64,000 nucleotides of DNA, taken from the NCBI GenBank assembly GCA_965202585.1, contig OZ241826.1:94054001-94118000 (forward strand), given 5' to 3'. The DNA comes from Thalia democratica (lineage: Eukaryota). Below are positions 1-14,406 of this stretch, piece after piece. Numbering within the stretch: the first letter of the stretch is position 1; every line of letters begins with the position of its first letter. The notes beneath the pieces were generated by a model that was not told where the DNA came from, did not search any database, and saw only the letters and a list, made by a program, of their open reading frames with translations. The translations under genes were made by a program, and so were the position numbers.

Positions 1-818
1 ACTGAATGCTTCTTAAAATGCAACAATTGTTAAATTATCGAATTTTTAAACTTTTTTAATACAGTAAAATTATCGACCGTTTGTTTTTCATATTAACATT
101 TTGCACTGTTTGTTAAATTTTTTAAAACTACTGTTTCCGATTTGAAACATTTTGGATTTTTTAATTAGTAGTGATATAGATCGAAGACACTAGAAACCGG
201 ATTCTTCCATTAAACAGGGTGTCTAGTATTTTATTAGGTTACGTTTAAATTTAGTTATTTAGCTAGAGATGTTTTTGTTAAATTTATTATAAAATTGTTG
301 GGACAGTAATCACTTCAAAATCTTCTACAAACTTTTTGTTTTAATGTTTTTTCCTAGGACAAAAGACAAAGGATTTCAAATAATACCGAAATTAGTTGGT
401 TACTAATTGTTAAATTTTTATTCAGTGAAATTAGATAAATATAACAAATTTATTATGTTGTTCAGGCTAGTAAGCTTCTAAAATATATAAGTTTTAATGA
501 GGAATTACAAACAATAAAAATAAATTTTTCTGAAAACAATTGTTAAATTTTTTTAGAACTTTTAATTACCTAAACAATTTTATTAGTTTTACTGCAATTT
601 GTTGGTAATCATTTCGTTATGTTATCAAACTTGTTATAGTTTTTTAGAACTTTTTATTACAAAAAAACTTTTTTATTAGTTTTCATTTTACTTTTTGGTA
701 ATTATTTTATTTCTGACAAGCAGTAAAAGTTTTATTTATTGTGTTCTTAATTAAAATTTATTTAATCACAAATATATTTAAAATAAGTTAGTGTTTTGTT
801 TGTTAAGTACCTTTTTGA
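1..818 (+). repeat. Segmental duplication block A, copy 1 (direct paralogue at 51137-51967)
   Basis: The window opens actgaatgcttcttaaaatgcaac, which recurs at 51137. Similarity is colinear through to gttaagtacctttttga (~818 and ~51967). The block may extend left of the window. Confidence 0.95.
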
Positions 819-2049
819 GTTTATCCTATCTTGTAAATTATTAGCATAGGAGGCAAATAGTCTAGCAATCAATATTATCAATTTTCTTAATATAAAATAG
901 TAAAAAATTGTGTTTATATCATTTTATTAACTCATTTTTTGAACTTTAAATAAATAACTTAGATAAAAACTCCTACATCATTATATATTTTAAAGTTTAT
1001 CGAACAAAATCTTTAAATCTTTTGATTTTACAATTATGTTTTTATCTGACAAAAAATAAAGAACAAACGAGCGAAAATAATAAACTGAAATAAATGTTTT
1101 CAGATTTTATTGATATGTGTTTATATTTAAATGAAGTTTGAGATCAATACGAGAAGCCATATTAAAATTGTTGATATAGAAAATTTTGAAAATATATTTT
1201 ATCATATATATAGAAAGTGATTGATGTGAAAAATAAAATTTAATACCATTTGAAAAATGTTTTTAACTGTTTCTAGTACATAGAAGTTTTTAAACAAACA
1301 TTAGAATAGTTATCATTTTTAGGTTTTGTTTATTTTTCTGAACTTATTTTAAAAAAAGAACTCACAATTAAAGCTGTTTACTCTTAAGTTAAAATTAAAT
1401 ATTTTTAGTCTTAAATTCTTTAATTTTTGAAAGAGTTTATTTTAAGATAATAAATTTATCATTGATACTCATGAAATTACCAAAACAAAATACTGCCATA
1501 GATTTTAAACGATCAAGCTTATGATATAAAAAAGTTAATATATTCTATTAATATTTTAACAACTATCTAAAAAAGACATTTATTAGATAAAACGTACATT
1601 TTTTTTTTCTTTTATTTTTTAAATAATAAAGTAAAATATAGATGAGGTACATTTATTTTTTGCTTAAATAAAATTTCAGAAATAATTTATATTTTGATTA
1701 TATTTTAAGGTGTAAGTTTTTCAGATACGTTATTATCTGAAATTAACTTTTTTATACGTTATGTTGTTGTTTTCATACTTTGACAAGTTTAGTCATTTTA
1801 GTCATTTCACGATAAAAACTTTAAACTACAAATGTCAATACTTTTTTTATTTTCTTAAATACCTCACAGTGTGTTTTAATTAAAAGAAAACGATAAATGC
1901 ATCAAAATATTTTTCATTTAAAGAAGCACCACCCCTTATTTGTTCTTTCTTTTAAAATATTCTTGCATAAGAAGAGTGTAGAAATCAGTTTTAATAAAAT
2001 AATATTTTTTTTAAACAATTATTAAAAAGACTGTTTAACTTTATCAAAT

Positions 2050-2224
2050 GTTTTTAAGCAGTATCATAGATTTTTTATAACAATTGCCTCGCCTGTATTT
2101 TGTAGCTCCTGTTACCACAGCGTTGGTGAATTTGAAAAGTTTAATTTCTTGTTTAACTGCTTCGTACAGTTCAGGGTTGCTTTTTTAAATTTGAATTCTT
2201 AAACTTGCAAACCATTTTTGACAC
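2050..2224 (-). pseudogene. Possible decayed coding exon, unknown product
   Basis: GC-elevated island reading CQKWFASLRIQI*KSNPELYEAVKQEIKLFKFTNAVVTGATKYRRGNCYK after a weak AAG acceptor, with one in-frame TAA. Confidence 0.3.
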
Positions 2225-2879
2225 CTTAATAATTTTAAATTTCGTTAACTGTATGAATTTTAAACATTAATATTTTAACATCTGACTTTTAAAGTATTGT
2301 AGACAACAAAGTTTTGTGTTACTGTCTAGTTTTAAAGTCTTTTTTTTTTTCAATATATATTGCATTATTCCAAATTAGGTAAACATACTAGGTTTGATTT
2401 GAAACATATAATCTTATAACCTTCTTTTAATAAAAAAAAATTGTTTTTGTAAAATAATATATGGCTTTGTTTTCTAAGAGATTTGTTTTTTTTTATACCT
2501 TTTAAAAAATATACTTTTAATTTTTTTAAATGTACTTTTTTGTTTTCCTTTTGGCTACATAAACTGTTAAGCAAAAAAGCATACATCTGTGTTTACAGGT
2601 GTTATTAAACTATAATATTCAAAAATACTTCACAGTTATTCTAGATAGACTACCTCTGACTATTAGTAGTAGTTTCAGATGATCCGACTAACTAAAATTC
2701 TAACTATGAATTATTACTTAAGAAAAACAAACAACTTTTTTACAATTGTCCAGCATAATTTCAACATTGAAATACAATTTCACTCCCACAACCCAACTCA
2801 AATATTCGTTTACGGACAGCAGATACTTGACTTAAATAAAATTTAATTCATAAGTGTTTTTAAGTTGCTACTTATTTAT

Positions 2880-3095
2880 TTTATAAACTCTATCCTTTCT
2901 GATGTCAGTAAATACACGAAGCATCTATCCAAGTCCGCCGTCCAATGGATTTTGATCAAATTGATCAAACAAATATTTCAACCGCTCGGTGGTGTATTGT
3001 TCGATTGATTTTCATGCAACTCTTCGCTTTATCTTTTTAACAACTTCTTCCAAATTGATAATTTTTAGAGCTTTCTCGCACATTGATTTAGTTTT
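2880..3095 (-). pseudogene. Possible decayed coding exon with an EF-hand-like loop
   Basis: Frame KSMCEKALKIINLEEVVKKIKRRVA*KSIEQYTTERLKYLFDQFDQNPLDGGLG*MLRVF. FDQFDQNPLDG resembles an EF-hand loop. Two in-frame stops. Confidence 0.3.
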
Positions 3096-4347
3096 ACGAA
3101 CTTATAGATCGAAAGTATTTTATATAGCTTATAAAAATTATTTTTATTAGAAAGGCACTTCAAGTTATCAATTAAAATCTATTGATGTACCAAAGAACAA
3201 CAGTCTAATTTAGATTATCTATAAATATTTATTGAGTATTCGTTATTAAAAATTTATTTAGATTATGTAGTTATAAAAAAATTACGACTATTTTTATGTA
3301 TAGGTAAGTAGTTGATATAAAAAAAACTTTATTTTAAAATATGACAAAAACGAATTTTTTATTAGGTGTTTATCAGATAAATGATTAAGCACTGTATTTT
3401 TAAACATGCTACCTTTTTAAATTTGTCTCATACGAAATAAATTAAAAACAAAATTGATATCAAAAAAATTTATTTAATTAAATTCCAAAAATATAAATTG
3501 TGTATTGCACTTTGTATAAATAACAATATAATAACAATTGAATAACTTTGAGAACCAGTATTTTTTTTTGAAGTTATGTTAAATATACTATACAAAAAAC
3601 ATAAATAATTTAATTAAAACAATGGTTATGATGAATTTCACCAATTTTCAAGTTTTAAAAAATGTCCCATGAATAAAAGCAATTAAAATTATAAGTTTTT
3701 TAAAAACAGACTCGAACTATATATAAAATAAAGATTCAAATAGTTTGTTTTTTACTTAAATTCTTTTGATATGATATGTGAAATGGCACAACCTTTTCAA
3801 AATTAGAGTTTTATTTTAAATTAAAATGCTGTAAAAGTAAGACCAGAGTTACTTAAAATTATTTTACTTCTCAGAAAACTTGTTTAGAGTTGGTTGTCTA
3901 TAAGTTCTTGCATAGCAGATAGAAGAAAATATATTTTATATTTGCAAACATTCAGAGTACGTCTTAAAACGACAAACCAAACAATATCATATATTAAAAT
4001 GAGAAAGATTTCATAAAACAACAAAAACATTGACTATTAAGTTTATAAACACCAGCTTGAATTTATGTTAGTGGAGTTATAATTTTAAGTATTACTTTGT
4101 ACTTCACTACATTTGAAATAATTAACTTTAAGGTCAAATAGTGACTATCAGCATGAACAAAACTTGCATTATAGAAAAATAAAATATTATATTTTTTCAA
4201 TCCTTTCTTAACACTTTTCACCGCTTCCATTACTAAAATAAACACATTTTAGTAAAAAACTAGCTTGTATGCTTCATTAAATTTTAAAATTTCTTAGCTT
4301 AAAGCAATTTTTTTAATTTGTAATCGTTTTATTTGTTATAAAAGACA

Positions 4348-5074
4348 CAGTAACCTCTCGCATCTTTACGCACTCATGACGTTACGCACTTTCGTTTAGT
4401 TACGCATTTTAGAATTATAAAAAATTCAAAAAATTAAAATATTTATTATTATTAATACTGCACAAATTAGTTCTATTGTATATTTTTTAATTTAAAATAT
4501 GTTTTTAAATGCTAAAGCACCTTTCTATATCTGTAGACTTAGTAAAATTAAGTTTGTTGACTAATTGATAAAAATTAAGTTATACCTCATTACATCAGAA
4601 ATTTTGTTAACAATAACATATTAAATTAAAATTCTAAAATAAATATGACTGTGTTAAATAATGAAAGTATTACAAAATAATGATAGTTTAAAACACAAAT
4701 AAATAATGCAGCACTCTAATTATAAATTAACTTTGTTAAGTAGAATAGAAAATAAATTTTAAGTATCAAATAAGTCACATATAAATAAAATCTACTTATT
4801 ATTAAAATAAGTAAAAAAAAATTTAGTAATATTTTTTATATAATTTAGTTTTTTTTTAATATATGTATAGTTTTATATTTTGTTTTCATATTTAAAAATT
4901 AGTAAAACAAACAGTTAAAAGGGGGAAAGTCCACAGTCTGCTTTTAACTAAGGCAATATCAAAAACTGCCATTATAGTAAGTATATTTGGTACCTCTCGT
5001 ATCTTTACGATCTCTCGAATCTTTACGCACTTTTTCTATCGACACAAAGTGCGTGAATAAGCGAGAGGTTACTG
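4348..5074. mobile_element. Non-autonomous Tc1/mariner (pogo/Tigger-like) MITE, 727 bp
   Basis: Perfect 14-bp TIR CAGTAACCTCTCGC at 4348 and its reverse complement ending at 5074, with similarity continuing inward (..ACGCACT). Flanks are TA on the right (5075-5076) and CA on the left (presumed mutated TA TSD). No internal ORF of note. Confidence 0.85.
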
Positions 5075-5559
5075 TAACTTTAATTAATTTTAGTACAGTT
5101 TCGGACTTTTTTGCAGTATATAACTTTTTATACTTAATTGCTTATATTCACATAGTAAAAATTATCGATAGTTCATAAAACCTTAAAATCTATTAATCAT
5201 TTTAATTTAAAATAACAATATAATTAGTTTATTTACAAGTTAAAAAGGTAAAAATTGTTTTGCTTTTTTAAACAAAGTGTAAATGTCTTAAAGATTCTAA
5301 TTAAGTAAGAAATTAAAGTTTGGACATTGCAAGAAATTTTTGATAACTAGCACACAAATTTTTATAAACCTTTTACATACAAATTAAAATAGACAAAAAT
5401 TTATTTATTTCGAGCATAAAATCTTCGTTTTTAATTTCATATGAGAACCTTTAAGTCTTAAAAGCAAATATTAAAAACCGTTTAATTATTAATTTAAAAA
5501 CCTTAAACATGTTGTATACAATTAAATTGTTAAATAGACTAGCACAAACTTGAACGCCT

Positions 5560-6450
5560 AGATTACTAAAATAAGGTTTTACAAAACTCAAAGGAAATGT
5601 ATGACTCAATCTTTGTTAAGAAATTTGTTTGCTCTTTAATTTTTTAACATGTAGAAAGTACTAAAGTTATCAAGAAATTTCATAATGTTTAAATTTTATA
5701 TCAAATAATAAAGGCAGTTGTTTGATTAAAGTTATTTAAGTTATAAAAAGTGTATACTTTGCTACGCTTCTTAAATACTGTTTAAAAATGTTTCTTTATT
5801 TTAACATGAAATGAAACTGAAGTTAGTTGCATCACTTTTTTTGTTAGTTAACAAAAAAGTTTTATCAAATTATTTATACTTTACTAAAATTTCAAAACTA
5901 TAATTTATCTGTATTTCAAAACAACATATAAGATTTTCGATAAATATCCAGGTAAACCGTATGTACAAAATCTACTCATATACTGGAAATTCATACTACC
6001 TATAAGAGTGGTTTTAGACTTTAATTTTTTTTTTTCAATTGGTAAATTTTCTTTTGGTTACGAGAATGTAAAACTAGTTAAGTCTTTTTCATGCAAAAAT
6101 TAAATTGAAAAAAAAATAAACTAAGAATTGAAAAGAATTAAATAAATTTGTAATCGGTTTGAAAACTAAGAAAATTTTTAGCCTTGAAAGCAGCTTCTCT
6201 AAATCTAGCGATAATTTTTTCTATTTGTCAACAAAACGCTTGTCGCTTCTTTATGTAATTAGATTTGTATTTAAAACCATTAATTTACAAAATTTTCAAA
6301 TCTGGCAATTGTAAAAAGTTGGATGTAACAAAGAACTAACTTTTCTCAAGTCAAAAAAATATATACAGGACGAAAACTTCTTTCAAGATAGTATAGTAAA
6401 TTTCTATAAATCACAACTACAACTTGTATGACCTGTCGTTTTAAAGTTAT
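5560..6450 (-). mobile_element. Highly decayed Penelope-like retroelement (RT C-terminus and GIY-YIG remnant)
   Basis: Broken frames give KVSSLLHPTFYNCQI*KFCKLMV...KRFVDK*KKL (RT C-terminal/linker-like), then YEFPVYE*ILYIRFT (GIY-YIG-like), then DNFST...LTKIESYI, in the expected order. Many stops and frameshifts; boundaries approximate. Confidence 0.45.
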
Positions 6451-9045
6451 AAATAAAATTTATTATAAGTATTATTAAAAATTCATTGAAATATTGAATA
6501 CTTAAATGTATTTGAAAACTGATGTATGTTTAAAAATTATTTATTTTTTAGATAATCAAATAACCATTTTAAACTATCAAGTATTATTAATACGAGTGCT
6601 ACCAAGTAAATAACACGAAGTCTTTTTAACATTTAAAAGCTTACTTATGAAGTCTATATAAAAACTTTCAAAGTATTTTCATCAAATGTCAGTTATTTAC
6701 AAATAAATAGGTTTTGTTTAGATTTTTTATCTAATGTTGTGATAAGTAAGACTTGCTTTTATTTATCAGTTAACCTTAACTGAACATTATAGGATAGTAA
6801 AGTACCGTTTATTTTGATTAAGGAGTACAGAAATATTTTGGTATTAAAAAAATACATTTAATAGATAGTTTTTACAAATAAGTTAGTAAGATAAAATGAT
6901 TTATTTACGTCATATTCTTTGTAAACAAAAATTAAATAAAAAAATCAGTAACATACTGTTATAATGCGGATTTTGTTTTTAGGTAATCTGTTTAACCCAA
7001 CGTAACGCTTCTGATTAAAACAATATGTCAAAGATCTTTTTTTTAAGTGTTGTAAAAAAAAAACTCGGTTAAAAGTTTTTTATAGTTAGCTTTGAGTCAT
7101 ATTAAACTTGCGATTTCAACGATTCTTGAAAATTGATATTGCTGTCAAAGTTATGCTTTGTATAAAATAACATATCTTTTTTTTTTTATTGTATTGCAAT
7201 TATTAAATCGTAATAATTTTCGACTTGTACATTAGCAGTAGATAAGTTAGCTCATATATGTCATATATTGCATTTTTATTTTATCAACTGTTGTTACTTT
7301 AGTACTGAAAAAAAGAACTACTTTATACTACATTAACAAATGTGAGGTTTATCTAAAATATTGACGTAAAAAAGTGTAAAACTAGATATAAAGTTTTGAA
7401 TTCAAATTAAAAACTAAAATATTGTAGCTATTTAAAGTTTCGTACTCATTAAAAATAATTGGTATCAATTTTTGAAAACTGTGTTTGATTTTGTATTTAC
7501 AGGATATTCTATGAAGTTGATTTACCTTAATAGTTTAATGATAAGTACATTTTATGTATAAAACAAAAAATATTTAATTAGAAACATATTTAATATATTC
7601 ATTTAAATTAAATACTTTAAGTTTAATTAATTTGAGTATTAAAACTTTATAGTTGACAAACTTACAAAAAAAAGTAATTGAATTTATTTTTGTTTATAGA
7701 TGGAGTATAAATTATTTTTTAACTTTAGTTTTACTAGGATTTTTATGATTTTAGTTTTTTGTATGACATATCGTAATAAGTACCTAAAATTAATATTTAG
7801 AATGATTTGGATTAATCAAAACTAAAAACAGTTATAATTAGATTGTATAATTTGCTATAACATAGACTATGTTACTGTAAAAGATAAAAACAGAAGTATC
7901 TGCGTTGTTTTATACCACATGTTCAACTTTTGCAAATATTTTTCTTAAATACTGTTACAACTATTTAGAAAACTGTCAGTTAATTATTACTGTCTTGTTT
8001 GTACTTTTGTAAATTACCTCAAGTTTTGTCATCTTGCAAGTAACAATCAAAAAAGTTTGTTGTATAAATTAAAATTAGTTATTCATAGAAATTTTGTGTT
8101 ACTGTTATTAGATAAATACTAATTTGTCTATTCAATTCAACATTTTTTTTGCAAATTTATAAGCTTTATTATAAAAATAATTTTCTTATTTCTATTACAA
8201 CAAACTTTAAACTGTATTTTAGTTTTAGATGCAGGTGTTTTTTACAATATCGTTCATCTAACACTTAACTACATTTAATAGGTTTTGTACTAAAATTTCG
8301 TCAAAATTTTTAATTTTTACACTTGTTCTAAAATAATTAAAGTGTTTTATTTTAAGTAATTTTTTGAAAACAAAGTTCAGATCTAATATTTTATAATTGA
8401 CGAGTTAAAATGTGCTTTTTTATTTCCCTACGAAAAATTTCTTAACTTTAGGTAGTTGGTTAGGTAATTAATTAGAAATATTATAATTGAAATCTACAAT
8501 TCAGTAAAGATGAAATTATAATTCAAACTATTTTTAGTACTAATATCAAAATTAATTTTTTATAAAAATAAATAGTAGTAACAGTACGTAGCATACTAGA
8601 TGACTTGAATGATTATCATAATACTTAAAATATATAAATACTGTTTTTAAATTCAATTATTTATAGTTTTATAATTGTTGAGGTAGTTTTTATTCTATTT
8701 GAAATAAATAAAATTAAGATATTTGCTGTATTTAATACCTTTTTTAACAACGAAACTTGAAAACATAGAAAAAATTTAAGTTGGAAAAAACTTAAAATTT
8801 AAACTTATTGATGATTTATATAATTAAAACAATTGTAAAGCAACTGATATTTTTAAATTTTACTTTGAGTTTACTGATTGTTTCGTAGTTTAACTCTTAA
8901 AAGTTCGATCCCAATGGAAATAAATAAGCATTTTATATTAAAATACTTTTAGTTTAGTAAATGTGACATGAATTTTAAATCAGCTTAGTTACTCAATCAA
9001 ACAATTTAATTCAATTTTAACAGCTCTTCTTCATAATTTTGACAT

Positions 9046-9408
9046 ATGGATTACCAATTTAGAGGTTTGCTCGACATTCAACCGATGGAAGGTAGAAATG
9101 GTTGTACGATAACCAGGTTGGTTAACCGTAAAAATTTCAACTGGGCTATAATTGATTCAACAGTGTATGGATTTTGTTTGGCAAGTTTTATAAAAATGTT
9201 TGTTACTACTAGATGTCAGACCTCATATAATGATATGAAGCGTTACATTGAAAATTGAAGAATCAGTTGTTTTTATACGGTATTAGGTGAAAATCATTTG
9301 ATTCCTGATGCATTATTGAATGGATCTGTTGCTGCTTTCAGACAGTTTATCAAGAATGCTGATCCAAATTCAAAAATAGTTCGAATTTTCGTAAGGATTG
9401 ATTACTAA
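9046..9408 (+). pseudogene. Orphan 120-aa gene, copy 1, with a premature TGA at codon 71
   Basis: The frame continues past TGA (9256-9258) as RISCFYTVLGENHLIPDALLNGSVAAFRQFIKNADPNSKIVRIFVRIDY to TAA at 9406-9408, the same length as the intact paralogues, which have GAA or GGA at this codon. Acceptor-like ttttaacAG ends at 9023; AATAAA at 9471. Confidence 0.9.
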
Positions 9409-9789
9409 ACGTTAGCTGGTATTTTGTATAACGTTATTGTTTACTACTATTTTTGATCGTTACGTTTTATAATAAAATGTTTGAGTTTTACAATAAATAA
9501 ATAAGTTATCTATATATCAATAGTGTTTTGTTGTTGTTGGAACTACCTTTTTTAGAAACTATCGTCAGACTAGTTATTAAACAAAATGTATACATAGTAG
9601 TAGTTATAAAATAAAGTACGTTTTTGCACTTATGAAATAAATAGATCAAAAATTGGCAGTAATGTATTAACTTACTTGAATAAATTTTTACAATTGGCTT
9701 CTATCTTCAGTAAAAGTATTCCATGGATCGCAGTAAACAGCATTTTTCAAAACAACAACAAAAATAAATGGTGACATTTATCAATTTCT

Positions 9790-9922
9790 ATATAAAAATT
9801 TAATTCCCGCCACAACAACTATTTTTGGTAGTAATTTTCAAACAAAAAAATGGTCATTTGCGGGCCACATTTTACTTTTTCGTACCGATTTTGCCTGTGG
9901 GCAGCTGTTTAGCCATCTCAGT
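9790..9922. mobile_element. Old hAT-type MITE right-end remnant that predates the triplication
   Basis: gcgggccacattt...gcctgtgggcagctgtttagccatctcag resembles the right end of the element ending at 62059. Homologues occur in the other two copies (~34285-34410, ~53820-53935). Confidence 0.35.
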
Positions 9923-10027
9923 AACTAAGGGATTTAAATTGTGGAAACGCTAAGTTTAAAAATCTCATCATGTATCAAAGTGTAAAACATTTGGTCGGTA
10001 TAAAATTAAGCACCTGTTTACACAATC

Positions 10028-12213
10028 GGGTGGATGTCACTGTTGCACGAGCGTCACTTTTCGACGAGGGGATACTTTTGCACGAGCGGACACTTTAGCA
10101 CGAAGGGTCACTTTTGCACGAGCGGACACTATATCACGATGGGACAATTTTACACGGCGTCATTTTAGCACAAGGGGCCACTTTTGCACGCAGGGTAATT
10201 TACATTTTGGCACGATGACATTTTAGCACGGAACATCAATTTTGCATTTTGGTCAAAAGTTTTTTAGCTAGTATAACTTTTTTTTTACATAAAAAGAAAC
10301 TAAAAACTAAAATTTAATAACATACTTATATTAAAGTCAAAAAATAAAATATTTAAATTTTTAAACAGTAAAAAGTAATGTTAAAAACAAACTAAGGAAA
10401 GATAAAACAAAGTTATATATAAAAGATTCATACCAGGTACAAAAAATTTAATTTATTTAGAAACTAGGATGAAACATACTTTAAGTGTAAGTTAATTATT
10501 CTAGTTTATTTTGAACTTTAATATATTAATCAACAACTTGTCATCAAAACCTAGACCATTTAAACTGAAAGACACATGAAGAAAAAAAAAAGTTAACAGA
10601 AATAGTTTATTTATTAAAACAAAGATAAAAACATAATTTGATATTTAATTCATAGGTTAACATGAAAAACAAAACTTTAACCACAAACTACTTAACTTCG
10701 CTTTGATATAAATTGTTAGTATTGTAGATCGTACATTGTAGAACGATCAACGTCAAATATTTAAATGCATTGACTAACAACAAGAATAAAAACCTAACGC
10801 TTCAACGACATTAACAATAGACTGGCCATATGAATAATAATTAAATGCAATAAAAAAGCACTCATTATTTATAGAGTAAAGGTGCTGCTAATAAAATTGA
10901 ACTACTAATTAAGCTAAATATTAAAATTAAATCAACGGTTGTTAAAAATTATTTATTAATTTTACTAACACAAATATAATTCTCATAAAACTTTTTTACT
11001 TTAATTGAAATTCATTAAAAATTTTGCAAGAAACTAATTTATTTGTGAATTTGTACCATATTTAAACTGACCGTAAAAAAAGGAATTCTGATAAGCCTAA
11101 TTATTGAAATGTTGCAGCGGTTAAAGACTAATATAGTATATTTTCTTTGAATATAAGCTTAAACTTCCAAATGTTACTCTATCATTGGCTCATCATTATT
11201 ATGCAACATTATAGTAATGAAATAATCGAAGTTCAAATCATTAAAAACACGCTCTTTTATTTTTATTTTTATTCTCACGCTAAATTAAAAATTAAACTAA
11301 AAAATATGCATCAAGTAAAATCTGAAATACATTTCACTTCATAAATTAACTTTTTTTTTTCATTAACAATTCTTTAAAATTAAAATATATCTAAAATATT
11401 TGTTTAACAACTATATAATGCTAATCTTAATATCAACATAATTTAAGTAAAAAATAATATTCAAGATTCGTATTTTAAAGCCTTACTAAATTAGATTTAT
11501 CTTTTTGTTTAGAAATTAACGATTTTCAGACAAAATTTATTTAGAGAATTCAAAATTGTTTTTATTTGAAATTGGAAATTTTAGTTTATTTTAGTTAATC
11601 ATCTAGTTTATTTGAATTAAGATTAAGAATATAAATTAATGAATTGTGGTAACTGTAAAACTTCAAATAAAAATATTTTTTTAAGAATTTTATTTAATCA
11701 TTGACGACGTCTTTGCCGAAACTTGGTTTGTAAAATAATTTTTTGCAAGAATAAATTCATAAAAACTTTAGATTCAAATTTCATTAAAAAACTACCACAT
11801 TTATTCACTCAAAACAACGTGCGTTTAAAAGCGAATATTGTTTAAGTTGACAAAAAAATATCTAAGTTTTTATTTGAAAAAATAAAACATAGAAGCCTGC
11901 AAAAGTGAAGTTGCGATCAAAATTGACTGATTGTTTAAAATTTTCTCAGTTCATAAGTATATCCGTGAAAATATAACACCGTGCAAGAGTGACGTATTGC
12001 AAAAATCTCGCCATGCAAATGTAACGAGAAAAAGTTTTGATGTGTAAAAATATCACCGTGAAAAAGTGACGCCGTGCAAAAATGTCCCTCCGTGCAAAAA
12101 TTTCCCTCCGTGCAAAGAGTGACCGTGCAAAAGTGTCTCCTCGTGTTAAGTGACGCTCGTGCAAAAGAGTCGCCTTGCAAAAGTGTCCCCTAGTGCAAAA
12201 GTGACCCAGTCCC
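10028..12213. mobile_element. Foldback/MULE-like non-autonomous element, ~2.2 kb, with long TIRs made of 17-18-bp tandem units
   Basis: Arms at ~10028-10245 and ~11975-12213 are built from (G)TCACTTTTGCACGAG-like units in inverted orientation, with GGG...CCC termini. Flanked by ACACAATC / ACAAAATC. Paralogous empty sites carry a single TACACAATC (34183-34191, minus) or TATACAATC (54036-54044). Confidence 0.9.
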
Positions 12214-13577
12214 ACAAAATCATATTATGACTTGAACTTAATTTAAATAAGAAATACTTTATGGAAGTAACAAGTTTTATGATGTAATATTGCTTTTATT
12301 TTGTTTCTGGTTTTAACTAAGTTATTAGTAGTTCAATCAACTTTCGTAATTTACTTGTTGTGAATTGTTTTGTACAGAAAATTGTAATATATTGCAAATT
12401 TCAAAACTTACCAAATTTTAAAACTTACGCTTCTATTAATTAACTTGTGGCTTTAAAACAACTTTGGTCATAGTGGACAAATAGGAAAAAATTGCTAGCT
12501 AACGATAGCTAACAATAACTTAATAGTAGAAATTATTGTTTTAAAAGTTGAGTTTTGTGAAAAACGTTCAACTTAAGAAGCTTAAAAATCTTATGGAAAA
12601 CAGTTGGTTTTTTAATTAATTTCAGTTTGAAATAGTTTGCTGCCTGCACCACACTAATCTACTAATTTATAGATAAAAATTACTAAGTTAATTTATCTAA
12701 TCAAACAGTACTTAAAATTCATAAACATTTGTTAGAATTTCAAATTATCTTTTGAGTAGTTATAAACTGTTTTATAAGTTAAAAGACATTAAACATCTCT
12801 TTGTTTTTTGTTTGATTCTTTTTTTTTAGATAAAGTTAAAGATCTTTCAACGCAGCAGGCGAGCATGAATACTCTGAAAGGAGTGAAAAATACGTAGAAG
12901 CTGTAATTATAAAAAGTTCTATAAAGCAGCTGTGAAATTTCTCAAAAGCTGTACTTGGGGTACTCCTGAATGGACTTTACAATAACTTTTGTATTGTATA
13001 TATGATATTGTACGATGTCAATAACTATTAAACATATGTTTGGTTTTCTAAAACATTATTTTTTTTGTTTTCTTAAATACTGTTTTAAAGTACAATTATA
13101 ACTTATTTTAGATATACTTTGACTTTTAAATAAGAAAAAGACAAAATTCAAATAAAAGCAAACTTTGGGTTTTCTTAGAAAACTACCAACACTGTAGATG
13201 GAACTCTATAAGTGAATTACGATGCTGATTAAGATGATGTAGTCATAGAGAGCTGCAATAAATTTCATCCTGAACTCAGGAATTCTAAAAACGTCATTTT
13301 TAACAATTAGTTGAATTTTTCTGTCATGAATAAACAGAAACATCTGTTTAATTTTTTTTTTTACTTATTTGACATAAGGTTCAGTTATAACATTTAATTT
13401 AAAAACAGTAAGCAAACAAGAAAGACTGTCTTTTAATTCTAACAATTGAAACTTCCTTTCACCAATAAATGAGGCTTAAAAACACTTTATATTTACATGC
13501 TTCAGTATGTAAAACGTTGCAAAATACTTTTTAATAATTTATATTTTTAAACTATAGACTCATAGTACAGTTGTATG

Positions 13578-13603
13578 TATATATATATATATATATATAT
13601 ATA
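13578..13603. repeat. (TA)13 microsatellite
   Basis: Read directly from the sequence. Confidence 0.95.
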
Positions 13604-14406
13604 GAAGACAGTAGAAATGTTTTTGTGTCAAAAACAATTGTTTTATATTGTACTGTAGATCATAGTTTTTAAACTCATTTACATAATCGCCATTCTTCAA
13701 TAGACATCGCCCCTTGAAAAAAATATTTAGTTTATTAAATAATGCATTTAATTTTTTTGCACTTTTTTTATTTTATATTATGATAGATTAAAGAGGCCGT
13801 GCTGTTTGATTGCTTTATGTATATACAAAACTTAAACTTACTTTATTTAAAATAGATTTAAAAGATTTAAAAGTTTGAAATAAGTTTACATATTGACTAT
13901 GTTTTTACTTTGTTATGAAATCTAGGTTAAATTGTTTTTATTTTTTTCGAAAACCTCGTACAATACTTCTGTGCACTTTTAAGCAGTCATTAAAGTCAGC
14001 TAGTAAAAATTTATTGTTAAATTTAATTATAAAAAGACCTAAATCATACAATTACCGACTATCTTCATTAATTTTTTAATTTTTTGTTGCCTAACAGTTT
14101 TATCATATTTATTTGAATGTTTGTATCAAAGTGCTCTGTTTATAAAAATATTAATATGTCTTATAATTTTTTAACTGGTTTTCTCAGCACAACAGAATGT
14201 AGCTAAAATTGCTCGTAAACATACATTTTAAGATTAAATATATTGATTTTTTTAAACTGGATAAATGTTTTTTAGTTTTAAAAATTCATTTAAAAATTAT
14301 CTTTTTATTTAGTCTAGTCTAAGATAATAAATCTAATTACATTTATAATTTTGTAGTTTTTATGTGATCAGACTGGTATAAATTCTAATCTATTGATATA
14401 AAATCC

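Larger units (their letters stand above)
7440..12810 (+). repeat. Segmental duplication block B, copy 1 (contains orphan-gene copy 1 and a 2.2-kb foldback insertion)
   Basis: Colinear with 51970-54625 (direct) and about 33630-36720 (inverted). Example: ccacatgttcaacttttgcaaat at ~7915 vs atttacaaaaagttgaacatgtgg at ~36225. Confidence 0.9.

Noticed and set aside
11935-12215. ORFs 11935-12180 and 11946-12215
   Set aside because: They are translations of the foldback TIR tandem array.
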